From Paraspadella gotoi (Eukaryota > Animalia > Chaetognatha), in assembly GCA_051294375.1 (NCBI GenBank), contig CM119270.1:7280564-7344563 (forward strand): a stretch of DNA of 64,000 nucleotides, given 5' to 3'. Numbering within the stretch: the stretch's first letter is position 1; every line of letters starts with the position of its first letter. A program made the position numbers and the translations under genes. This document shows positions 21,549-33,400 of this stretch, in pieces. The notes under the pieces are model-generated. The model ran no database searches, had not been told where the DNA came from, and saw only the letters and a list, made by a program, of their open reading frames with translations.

Positions 21549-24500
21549 CCGCCGCGCCCTCCGGGTCGCCCATCCTCAGCGCCTCCGGCTCGGCCACCGG
21601 CTGGCCACACGTCCCCGGCTAGGCCCTCCTCGGCCCGGCAGTCCATCTTCTACGAAGACGACGGCGCGGAGGCTCAGACCACCTTGGCCGGGCTGGGTCA
21701 GATGGCGCTGTTGGCCGGCGGGCTCGAGGAAAGACTCAACGTCCACGATGCTCAGATCAAAATCCTCGTCAAGTTCCGCAACGCGATGGTGCAAGGAGAC
21801 CTTGTGGGGAAGATGATGAAGATGTTGGCGAGCGGAGGGTTGGACGTCGTGGGGGAGATGGCCGCGATGTTGAAGGGAAGAGGTCTGGAGGCGCTCAGGC
21901 GAGAAAGGGGGGGGGAGAGATTATAATGCGAGTGAAACTCGGAGTGCTGTGAACGAACTGAGAGTTGTAACGATAATGACGAAGTACTCATTTGATTGAT
22001 TAATTGTGTTTTGAATCAATATTACTTAATAATTTTGAGAGTCTAACATTGCTGAATGCATTCAGTTGAATCAAGCATTCAGCATTCAACTNNNNNNNNN
22101 NNNNNNNNNNNNNNNNNNNNNNNNNNNNNNNNNNNNNNNNNNNNNNNNNNNNNNNNNNNNNNNNNNNNNNNNNNNNNNNNNNNNNNNNNNNNNNNNNNNN
22201 NNNNNNNNNNNNNNNNNNNNNNNNNNNNNNNNNNNNNNNNNNNNNNNNNNNNNNNNNNNNNNNNNNNNNNNNNNNNNNNNNNNNNNNNNNNNNNNNNNNN
22301 NNNNNNNNNNNNNNNNNNNNNNNNNAGCAAGACTTAAAGCTGCCTCACTGCTGTCCGTCCTCAACTTCGTCTAAATGGCTGAGCAGGCAAAATTATCTCG
22401 TTTCAACCGGGTTCAATCCCTGGGTATCCCGGTTATGGCTTAAATATGACCGAGCCGGTCTAAACATGCCCGCTCGCTCTCACTATGGCAATGAGATCAA
22501 CACCTTTTCTCAGACATCTCCTCAGGATTGATTCCCCTGGGGAGAAGTCTGGTGANNNNNNNNNNTGAGATTCTGTGGCAGTAAGACTTAAAGCTGTCTC
22601 ACTGCTGTCCGTCCTCAACTTCGTCTAAATGGCTGTGCAGGCAAAATTATCTCGTTTCAACCGTGCGTCCCGGGTTCAATCCCTGGGTATCCCGGTTATG
22701 GCTTAAATATGACCATTGACCAAGCCGGTCTAAACATGCCAGTGACAGGAGGCTGTCACTGAGGGTCCACAGCCCCTACGCCAGTTGATGAGATAACCCA
22801 CGCCCTCGGTGTCACAGGCAATCCTTCCGAACACGCAACCACGGCGCACCGTGCGCCCACGCTTACCTTGCTTAGGGTGTGCATATCATGCCTATGCCCT
22901 ACTAATCTGGTAATGCTCCAGATTCGCTCGCTTGACCGCTCGCTCTCACTATGGCAATGAGATCAACACCTTCTCTCAGACATCTTCTCAGGATCGATTC
23001 CCCTCGGGAGAAGTCTGGTGAGGGGATCCTGTGGCAGAACGACTTAAATCTTGCCTCAATGCTGGTCGCGTTTCATGAACATCGTAACGCAAGAGCCTCA
23101 AGCTCATGAGCATGTCATTGCCTAAAATAATCCCATATCAGCCGTGCGTCCCAGATTCAATCCCTGGGTATCCCGGTTCTGGCTTAAATGTGACGGAGCT
23201 GGTCTAAACAATGTAGACATGTAAACATGTCAGTGACAGGAGGCGGTCACTGAGGGTCCGCAGCCCCTACGCCAGTTGGTGAGATACCCGTATCACAGGC
23301 AATCCTCCCATTGCCATAATTCTATGATTGGGAAAATTTATCATCTGAAATGATGTCTGTCAAATGGTTGTTTTCCAGACATATCGTGCAAGCGGAGCAA
23401 GAGGAAGGCGGCGGCGTTGACGCCGTCAAACACGAGATCGAAGATTTGACGGACCACTTGGCGGCGAATCAGGAGGAGACGCGTCGAGAGGTCGAGGACG
23501 TCAGGCGGGAAATGGACGAGATCATCGAGACGTCGACCGCGATCAAGACGGAGATTCTGCGCCAGCAGACGCTCATCAAGGAGTTGACCGCCAAAGTCAG
23601 CGACCTCAGCCACGAGATCCGAATCTTGAAGGAGCAGGTGGTCCACTTGGAGCAGGTCAAGGCCGACAGGCTCTGGGCCATCATGGAGCTGAACAATAAG
23701 ATGAATATGGCGCTGCTACCGACGCTGGTTCGGCAGGAGCAATTTCAGGTTGAGAGGGAGATGGGTGGAAGATGCTGGGGGGAAGGGTGTTGAACTAGAG
23801 AAGCTTATGGATGAGTTGGTGAGGATGAAGATTGAAGAGTGGTTTTTTTAAAAGGGAACCAGCTATTGAATGTGAAAAGAGAAAAGAAGAGATGAAGGAA
23901 ATTTGAAAAAAAATATTAAATTGTGGCAACACGCAGCAACACGCGACCTCATCCGATTATCTCTCTCTCCCAATCACTGGCCGATCACCGGTCACCACCA
24001 CTCTCTACCGGCTGTCCTCAGCCGGTCTCTCTGTAAAGTTTATTGTTATGGTTTTAGACTTTGCATTATTTGGAATTGATGTCTGTATTATTCGTTGGTG
24101 AATAAATTATTCTCGATCTGAACTTCGTCTCTTTAATACCGCCACAAAATTGTATTTAAAGTAATAATCCAACGACCAATAAATTTATTATTAGTTTTGT
24201 CCTCTACTTATAAAAATATAGTAATGGGTATAATATGAAAAATATATTTAATATACATGTGGATAAGGCGCTAAGTGGTTTTTCCATCAAAACTTAATGA
24301 TTTTATGTTGAGGGCTTTTTTGTTTATTAACATTTTTCATTAACGTCGAACACACTTCCTCCCCACCTCAAATGTCCTCGCGCGCCCTCTGCCCTCATTT
24401 CCCCAGGAGAACCTCCGCGAGGTTGGAGCGAGTTTGGCCGACTTGGCCGACAAACAGACCGCGACGGAGACTCTCCTCGAACAGCACGTGACGGAGACCT

Positions 24501-24733
24501 TCAACGCTTTGAACCTTCGCCTCCCGATTCGCGTCTTCGAAGAATTCAGGGACGCGTGGACGAGCCGCTTGGAGAAACTGCAGAGGATGCTGTACGAGAT
24601 CCTCGGCATCACCAACGGAGAAGAGGACGGAGCGTTTTTAAAGTTGTTCAGGTGATTGCTATTGGATTATGTATTTTGTGTTTGAAGGTCGTTCCTAAAC
24701 CATTTAGTTATTCAATTATTATTATTATTATTA

Positions 24734-24822
<89 letters not shown>

Positions 24823-26516
24823 ATATTGTTCGTTTCGAGGAACTTATTTAGTTTCAATACTTTATTTCTTTTAAATCCACTTTAAATTTTCCTTCAACAT
24901 CCTTTCTTTTTCTTTCTTGCTTCTATCTTTAATTCCTTTCTCTCGTGGTCTTTTTCACTTACCCTTCCTTTAACCTACCTTTCCTCTCCTCTGTTTATTT
25001 CTAATTTCCCTAAGGACCCTAACACTTCCCTCCTTCCTTCCAGATATCACTGCGGATCGTGCGACCGTCCCGTCCGCATGGTGAAACAAGCCAAATGTCC
25101 CACGCTTCCTGCGATGGCCGGACTCAACTCCTCCAAGTCTGCTCGTCCGTACGCGGTGTTCGGACAGTCTCAAATTCGCCGGAATATCAGGTTTTTGACG
25201 GTTGATTTTGTGTGTGTGTGTGTGTGTGTAATTTAAGTAAACTCGCTAAAGGAGGGCTGGAAGACTAAGCTAATGATAATTTTTTTTAAATGAGCAATAA
25301 TTCACCGACTTGTAATTTAAAAAAAAACGCTCAAAAGAGTACATTTTCTGTTTAAAAAAAATATATAAATCAACTTTTTATACAATATTTTATGCAAAAA
25401 CATAATCAGAGCATAAAATGAATTATCAAAAAATAATAAGAGATCGAAACGACGAAATTAATGGAATTTTCTGAAATTTGATATAACTTAGTAAATTTAT
25501 CAATTTAATGATTCAAAACTCAAAGTTCTTTATTTCGTCTCCTAATTCTATTCGTCATCATTATTTCAATAATTGGTCAATTCTTTCCTCTTAATTCTTG
25601 GCGTGATGCGAGAAACTTCAAGAAAAAATTTTAAGTTATTATACAAAAATATAACTTATAAAATGTTGTAAGCAGTAAGCTTCCTAAAACATTTTTATAG
25701 GTCCTTATTTTCATATTTTAAGAGTTAAATTTTAAATAATTTAAATATATTTTGCCATACTTCCGACAACAAAATAAAATCGTCATCACCAGATTTTTCA
25801 TAGTTTTTTACACTAAAAGACAGTTGCTTAAAAGTCATTTTTAGGATCTTGACACCACTTCTCTTATATAAGTGAAACATATAGGAAAATGAAGTATAAG
25901 AGTGAGAGAGAGAGAGAGAGGGAGAGAGAGAGAAACGAAGATTAGAAATGCGATGATTAATTAATCTCTCAGCGACCTTTTGCGTCCGAACAACCGCGGG
26001 TTTTTGGGGCAGAATGAAGGATCGAATTATTTCTTGTATTTCAAAAGAAGTTTCCTATTTAACCTCTGGTCATGCGTCAATTATTAATTGGTGATACTTT
26101 TTTCGTCATAGTGCTTGTTGTTTTTGGCATTTACTTATGTAGTCGGCCGTTGCCAAGGTTCACCCCGCATATAAGCATGACACTTTTAGTTGTGACCCGG
26201 TGGCTCATTGAGTAAAGCCATCAGCTCATGACCTCTAGGTTCTGGGTTCAATCCCAACCCGGTACCAACCCTGCGGGAAGCGTGAGGATGGCCGTAAACC
26301 GCCTTGGGTGCGTGGCAAACCCTCAACCCTGGTTCCCAGCCCAGGACCCGTTCCATGACTGCCTACTTAGCGCCTAATCCACGCTTATAAATATGGAATA
26401 ATCTCTCATCGACTTGCGTGTTTTATAGAGTGATAGATAGATTTCTTCCAAAGTTCTTTGCTTAGTGAAAAAATACACCAACTTTCCAGATTTTATTGGT
26501 TAATTAATAGTCGTGT
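21549..26516 (+). repeat. Copy B of duplicated locus, carrying 3' exons of the QRICH2-like gene and empty transposon sites
   Basis: Near-identical to 11263-14760 plus 20286-21094; includes N gaps; DUF4795 exon at 25044-25190. Confidence 0.9.
22574..23318 (+). mobile_element. TRIM family 1, more complete allele
   Basis: LTR1 22574-~22828, residual tRNA-Trp-complementary gaacacgcaacc 22829-22840, ~200-bp internal region, PPT, LTR2 23030-23318, TSD ATTC. Confidence 0.85.
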
Positions 26517-26874
26517 TAAGATTGATTTTTTTTTTACCAAATGAGAAATAGGTTCAGAAGAATGACGCATAGTTATGGCAACAATGATAGAACTCCAGAA
26601 ATATAAGGCATTGTCGCAGAGGTGGCGCTTTATTAATATAATTACACGAATTCAGTTGGCTTACTTATTTTGGATTGCATGATTATTGGATATTGCTTAA
26701 CCTCGTGTCCTTTAGATGTAAGGTAATACATTCGAACCAAAAGTCGTTTTCAAAAAGAGATCAACAAAGCAATTTAACACGAACTGCTACATTTCAAAAA
26801 AAAAAAAATATTCATCGTCAAATTTTTAGTTTATGAGTAAATATTGTGAATTGAAGATTTAAAGCTGCCTCACG

Positions 26875-27849
26875 TTGAGTTGGGATTATTTTAATTTTTC
26901 TTTTCTTTTCTGGATTATGATGTACGTTGAGCATCTTCAGCTCTTGGCTACCAACACCCTGTCAGTTGCCGATGTTGTTACTGACATAAAGTCAATGCAT
27001 TATCATATTTTTTCGAAGAATCTCATACTCCAATATTTGGGTTTCGCCTTTTTAGCTGTGTTTTTGCTTCATGTAATGATATCAATGGTCTATAGTGTGG
27101 GAATTATTTCAAAGAATTCCAATCATTACAGCAAAATATGGATAAAACCTTGGAAAAAATTACTGACAATTATTTTTCACTTGGTTGGGCTGGCCTCTAT
27201 TCCTATCTCTCTAGATTTGTTCTTATCTAAAAATTTCGAGCTACAAAGTACGTTAAGATCTAAAGAAAATCATATGTTTAATCTGAATATTCTGCATTGC
27301 TTTCTGGAATCATTCTTACAGCTGCTACTCCAATCAGCGTCAACGTTTTTAATGATGCATAATTCTGACAATGAGCAATGTTTACCCAGTCTAGAAGCAA
27401 TTGAACGACGCCGAGACAGGATGAGAATGCATGGATCAGTGTATGAGTACAAAAATAACACTCTCATCAAAACTGAAGTTAATTGCTCCTGCGATCTTAA
27501 CGACATTTCGACTTCTGAATCTCCTTACTACAGTTGTAGTTGGAAAATTCATGAATACATCACGTTGATCTCCATGGCTATTTCCTCTACATCTTTGGTT
27601 AGTACCGTTTTTGTGGCTCGAAGTTCAAAAATGCTCATTTTGAAAGAAGCTGGTCACTTCAGAAAATTGACAAGCGTTTTTGGAGCTATTCAAAGCAGTG
27701 TGGGATTAGGATTGGGCCTATATCTGACCTATTCTTATAGTATAAATTACTCATTATGTTTCCTTTTTTTTGCGCCTCTTTCTGTTATGCTGCGAGTTTT
27801 TACTTTGAGGAGACTCTCTTACTTTTATAAAAAACGTCACGCGAAATAG
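26875..27849 (+). CDS. XK-related (Xkr scramblase family) multi-pass membrane protein, intronless, possibly disrupted
   Basis: 324-aa ORF with several TM segments and XK signature HCFLESFLQLLLQ followed by ISMAISSTSL; likely ATG at ~26917. Confidence 0.65.
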   Translation: MSWDYFNFSFLFWIMMYVEHLQLLATNTLSVADVVTDIKSMHYHIFSKNLILQYLGFAFLAVFLLHVMISMVYSVGIISKNSNHYSKIWIKPWKKLLTIIFHLVGLASIPISLDLFLSKNFELQSTLRSKENHMFNLNILHCFLESFLQLLLQSASTFLMMHNSDNEQCLPSLEAIERRRDRMRMHGSVYEYKNNTLIKTEVNCSCDLNDISTSESPYYSCSWKIHEYITLISMAISSTSLVSTVFVARSSKMLILKEAGHFRKLTSVFGAIQSSVGLGLGLYLTYSYSINYSLCFLFFAPLSVMLRVFTLRRLSYFYKKRHAK

Positions 27850-28530
27850 GTCTTTTTTTTAAAAATAGAGGAGGTAATTAAAGTAAGTGATGACTCTAAC
27901 TCAGAAACTGATAATGATCTTCTCTCAATTTGTCTCTCGTTTCCCTTGATTGTATTTTAAAGTTCATAAGAAATTTTGATCATTTTAGCTTTTTATTATT
28001 ATTATGGTTCAAATTATTTGATAACTGAAATGCAATAATTTGTGGCGCCTCGGGTAATTTTAAATTTTTGGCGAGATGCGATGGAAAATGGAACTGAAGT
28101 TTTAGGTAACTCGGTCACAAGAAAAGGACAAAAATGGGAACCAATGCTGGACAAATTTATAAATCTGTTCTCTCTCAACCTTTTTACTTGTATTTGGGAA
28201 ATGATAAATTATATTTTTACATGATCAATTCATTTTTTCCCCATTTTTGTTGAAACGATAGTTTATCTATTAGATTTACTCATACTGTTTATGCTAAAAT
28301 TTAAAACAAGTTTTTTTAGATTTATTTACCTTGAATCTATTTTGTTTTTTTGGCGTTTTGATGGGATTATATTCGTTTGACAAAAGCATCCTGACAATAT
28401 TGCAAGAAAAAGAAAAAAACCGACAATTGGATATATTGATCTCAAATTTTTTTATTTTGTCAGTAGTACTTTTTATCCTATTTGCACACCAAAAAAAGCT
28501 CTAAACTGCGTACGAAGCCAATTTAAACAG

Positions 28531-31500
28531 TAGCCTGGAGCGATGGAGCAGTTCTATGATCTTCATCAAAAAATAAGTTGCGAAAACTGTCTTATGAAAA
28601 GGTTTGTCAAATAAAATTTATAAAAATTTTGTTGGAAACACAATACACAAAACCGATTTTATGCAATATATGTATACAATTATTGATCTTAACTGTCATT
28701 GGCTCTTTCAGGTCACGTGACCTCCAAACACCAATAAGAGCTCTTAAATAACAAAAGAGATTAAAACAAGGAATAAAGATGAACAAATATTATTTTATAT
28801 TTTCCAAGTAAGTAAAATTGCAAGAATAAAACATGTTCTAGGCAGAAAACAATGAATTAAAGTCTTTTTAGTTTCTAAGCGAGAGTAAGAGGGCTCGAGC
28901 TTTGATTCGAGCTTTTAAAAATCCATCGCGTCGATCAAACCCACATACTGATTGACATGCCGCTGTCATCTCCTTAATAATTCTTTCTACAGGCTGCGTA
29001 TGACAATTAAATTTTGTAACAGCTAATGGAACATCTACTAGTTTCTTAATATCTTCATGTTAAGATCGACAGTAAAAAATAGGCTCAGAAACAGTAATGT
29101 CATCCCAGTTGATCATATCATAAATAGAATCGCAATTAAAGTTGAGAGGATAAGGTTCAAATTTCGTGGAGAACTGTCACCTTTGGTGCTGCCATTACGA
29201 ATATGAAGTAACTTTTTGACAGCAAACTCACGGTGCCTCTTTATCGTCAAGGCAGCTCAAAGCAACTAAAATATTCTCTGGATGAGCAAAATAGGACTTA
29301 ACATAGGGAGAAACTATTTGCTAAAGCCTTAGGCAGGGAACGTAGAAAGCGTTAATCTGAGCCAAAACTGTGAAAAAGGAGCAGAAGTATTGATGGCTCT
29401 TGCTTTTATAAGAAACCATAAAAGGGACAATAATTTGAAATAATAAAGTGTACAATCTTATTAACCGAATTTTTAGCATTAAACTTAAATCTTCTTTTTC
29501 ATGTAAAGGAATAAAAATCGCACAAGCAGTTGTAAGCCAACGGCATGGAAAAATAGGACCAGGGTCAAGCTTTTTAATTCTAACAAAGGTTTCCCATTAC
29601 GAACCGACTTGAAGGCAAGAAATAAAATTTTTTGGTCGCGGGAGAGATCATGAAACTATCCTCTTCAGAATATCAATATCTTCAGCAGAGATTGGAGTGA
29701 AGCTTTCCTTCCATTGTAATTTTTTCTACTTTGGAAAGAACATGGTCCTATTTCTCCCTTAAAAGTTGATTTTCCCGAAGTTTCCGCACTTAGTTTCGCG
29801 ATAAGATGACGTAGAGGCAACTCGTTAGTGTGGAGCATATCACCACTGACCGAGAGCATCGTCGTCCAAGCAGCCTTTCCAGACTACACAAGAACTCCGC
29901 CTCGATGGCCAGTGTTTACCGCCGTTGATCCCTCCAATAACTCTTGAAAATGAGACCAATTTTTACGTTCATTTATTGGTTAATTGATTCTTATAATATA
30001 AGAATATTTAAGATTCTTTACTTGATGTTCTTCGTCCAATTCATTTTGTTTAAGGCAAGTTGTGAAGAGCCGTTCGTCAATTGTTTCTGCTTTTTTCCCC
30101 GGGAGTGAGATGAGTGAGATATTCTCCCTCAGGATCACTGACGACGACGACGTGCTCTTCTTTCTTTTTAATCCGTTTCAATTTTCCTTTGCTATCTTCT
30201 ACCCATCTTCAAGTTTCCACTTTCCTTGCCGTCGAAAAATAGTTCCTTCAACGGCACTATGGAGACCTTCATTTTGGAGTTGTTTTGTCTATCCGATCTC
30301 GTGCACGTCAAACTTTGTGACGGTCGATGATCTGCGACTGATCTTCGCCGGTGACGACGCCGTAGTCAATTAGGAACCGCAGTCGCGATTGAAGCGATCA
30401 TCGATCGACGCGGACGGCCACCGATCTGCCTCACGCGCCAGATTGTCAAGTGCGTTTGAGAGATTTTCTCCTAAAAATTAAAGCATGTTATAACTTAATA
30501 TATACACTTATGGAAGTAAAAAGAAAAATAGATTATTTTAAAAGATATATTTAATTAAGATAGAGATAAAAATTTTGAAAGTATCATTAAGTTTTAATCT
30601 AAGTCTCACCACTGAAATGTAATTTTCTCTCCTTCTAAAACGTATATTATCTCCTCCAAGAATCTGGTTTGATCTTCAGCGTTATAAGTAGACGAGGAGA
30701 GGGGGCGCATGGAGGTTCTACTCAATGAGGTCCACCGAGACATTCGGCGTTTAAACGGAAGAAGCCGTTTATATAATTCAAAATTAAATTACAGCCTCAT
30801 TAATTACAAATTAATCCAAATAATAATTTAAAATTACTCTCAACTGCCGATCGATTTTTTTCTGAAGAATTTTTGTGTAGGTTTGTCGATCTATAGCGCC
30901 ATATGCCATTTTCCCCCGTCGCTACTCCCTTGTTCGCTGATCGTAAATGAAGCGTAGTTCAAGGAGTGGAATCTTTTCGCTTTGGGGCAAGTGCATTAGA
31001 ATGTGGACCTTGCCACTGACACTCTCTGTCGCAAAAAAAATCCACACACGCTCTGTGTCGCATTTGCAGCTTACAATATCAAACAGGCGGTCCAGACGAG
31101 AAACAAAGTTTTGGAGTCGTTGGCCGGTCCCAGCTGATTGATGCCGCTTTGTCAACTCCTCCATGAACGCTTTATTCGATTCGCAGTCAAATCCACCGAT
31201 AAAATTGGCCGAAGAGGTTGTTCTCGGCGGAAAAACGTCACAGACAGTTTTCGGCTTACGACTTGAAAAACGCGTAGTTTGTAGTCGCTCCTTCAGCTAA
31301 AAAAAGGTTGTTTTTTTTCTAGCGGGTACATAGTGTATGTAAGTAAAATATCTTCTGAGATAAAAAAGTTACTTATTTAACTTAATTTGACTAAATTAGT
31401 ATTATTGTATTAAATTAGCTCAGCTTTATTTCAGATCATGTTATAAAGTGGGCTTTTACTTTCTTGATTTAGATTGACGAAGAATCACGTAAAGTTTCAG

Positions 31501-31966
31501 CTGAGATGAGAAGGAGTTTTCGAATTTCCCTAAATTTCGCGTCCCTCTGACGCATGCGTTTGTTATTTTTTTTTAAATTCTGGCATCGTTAAAACGTCTG
31601 TTTTATCGAGACTATCTTAATTAAAATAAATCACTTTTTATTTCAACTTATTTGAGGAAGAGGTCGAGTTCATAAAATTTCAGCACGATAGTTTGACCAT
31701 TAAGTGGCAGGCCTTTTACTCATAAAAATCCTGACCTGTCATTGGTTCAGATTATTTTCTTTCCATTATTTATTGGTAAATTATTTTTGTCTCAGAACAC
31801 AGTATCCATCCGCGAAAAAAAAAATCTTAAGAACCGGAAGTTTGTTATTGTGAGATAAAAATAAATTTAGTTAAAAAAGTTATACGAATTAAAAATTCGA
31901 TTGAATTCACAAATTTTTTTTATGGGGTATGCTTGCTATTAAAAGGTATCAATCGCTCCATGGCTA
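28531..31966 (-). mobile_element. hAT-superfamily (hATm-like) DNA transposon with fragmented transposase
   Basis: TIRs tagcctggagcgat / atcgctccatggcta; 8-9 bp TSD (t/a)ttaaacag; minus-strand fragments LFDIVSCKC..KIPLLELRFIYDQR, STAVNTG, LHTNELPLRHL, RWLTTA, CHTQPVER. Confidence 0.8.
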
Positions 31967-32680
31967 ATTAAACAGTTCACATTTATCATTTTATCAGCAG
32001 TTTTTTCTGCTTTTATTCCTTTATTTTACATTTTCTCGCATTCGAGGAAATTATGTCCAAAAAAAACTATCACTCCGAACAATATTTGCATTAAAAAAGA
32101 TATTTACAAAGTTCCGATTCCGTTGTTTTCTGATGTAGATTTTATAATAAGTTATATATTTATATTATGCGCTAAACGAAAATTTTTTTTTTGTTTTTTG
32201 TCTTTCGTTTTTTCCTTTTTTCAATTCACTTCTTGCAATAAAAAGCAAAATTGTAAAAATATGAAATTTTCAAAATTCGGCATATTGTTTATGTTTTTTC
32301 TTTATTTTTTTCAATTCTTACGTTTTTTCAAGTATCATACAAAGCAAAATCAAAAACTATCACCACATGTGGAGCTGGTTGACTACGCAGAGAATACAAA
32401 TGATGAATTTTACATGTTGGCCTCGCTCCTGTTTTAATCCCCTGTTCTGCTGCACAAAAGCTGCCTATTCTTCAGGATGTTTTTAAAGTATGTTCAGAAG
32501 ATCAATGGTATTTTAAAAATTCGGGTTTTTATGTTTGAGCGACAATTTTCAAAATGGATTGAACGCGCGAGGTCACTGATTTTTGCTAACTATATTAGCA
32601 TGATATTCCTCATTTTTCCTGGCTTTGTTTTACTTGTTACACGTTTAATGTTTGTTCAATATTATGGAAAATAATGAATA

Positions 32681-33000
32681 TATAACAGGTGGTGGAGAGA
32701 GACGAAGTAATCGTAATAATAAAGGAGTGAGACGAGGAAGGTGAAGAATTGGTGACGATGTAAGAGAAGTTAGAAAATTGGTTGAGACGAGCTCTCTCCT
32801 GATCCACTTTTATCATCGCCCGGACCGACTTGACCTTACGGTCTCCTCGGCCCTATTGATGTGTCCGGTCAATCTAAGGTCTTTGCCAAAGCTAGGGCAA
32901 AGTGACCGTGTGGATTGACCGGCACGAAGAAAGAGGAAAGAGGAAGGGTTTAGAGAGAGTGACCGGTGGTAAGTCGCCTCAGTGGATAATAAATGTTAAT
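32681..33000 (-). mobile_element. Possible solo LTR related to 12957-13182
   Basis: Shares acttcgtctct and caccggtcac..ctctct blocks in reverse orientation; boundaries and TSD unclear. Confidence 0.35.
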
Positions 33001-33267
33001 TAAGGTTTAAAAGGAAACCAAGTAAAATTAAGCAGCAAAGGCAATATATTTTATTTATCTTTGTCAATTGGTTTTTTAAAATATTTTTTTATTGAAGATC
33101 CAATCTTTCGTAGTTTTTAGCTTTAAATTGTCTAATTATTATCCAATATCTTTTTTTACTATTTGTACCAATCTCAATTTGAATAACTTAATAAACACTT
33201 GATTAATTGTTGTTTAATTGCAATATAGCTCTCTCTTTCTCTCTCTCCATCCAACACTCTTTTACTT

Positions 33268-33400
33268 TCATCGCCGTGCATATGTAAACATCTCTTGATT
33301 CTCCATATCTGTTATCTGTGTCCCAGTATTTGGCCATTGACGCTGTGGTCGTATCCAGCCCGCATTCGTTGTGGTTTTTGTTGCACTAGTCAATTGACGA
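33268..33400 (-). pseudogene. Degenerate duplicate of the penultimate ACAD exon
   Basis: Matches 35272-35405 ([12 protein letters not shown]...HG) with indels and substitutions. Confidence 0.75.

Noticed and set aside
22056-22374. ORFs spanning N runs and ORFs made of ER/LS/I repeats elsewhere
   Set aside because: Artefacts of assembly gaps and microsatellites
26194-26263. tRNA-like sequences here and at 21310-21250 as true tRNA genes
   Set aside because: Acceptor and anticodon stems are imperfect, no oligo-T terminator follows, and they are embedded in repeats
26853-26872. 20-bp match to the start of the TRIM family 1 LTR (aaga.ttaaagctgcctcac)
   Set aside because: Too short, with no terminus or TSD; at most a small relic
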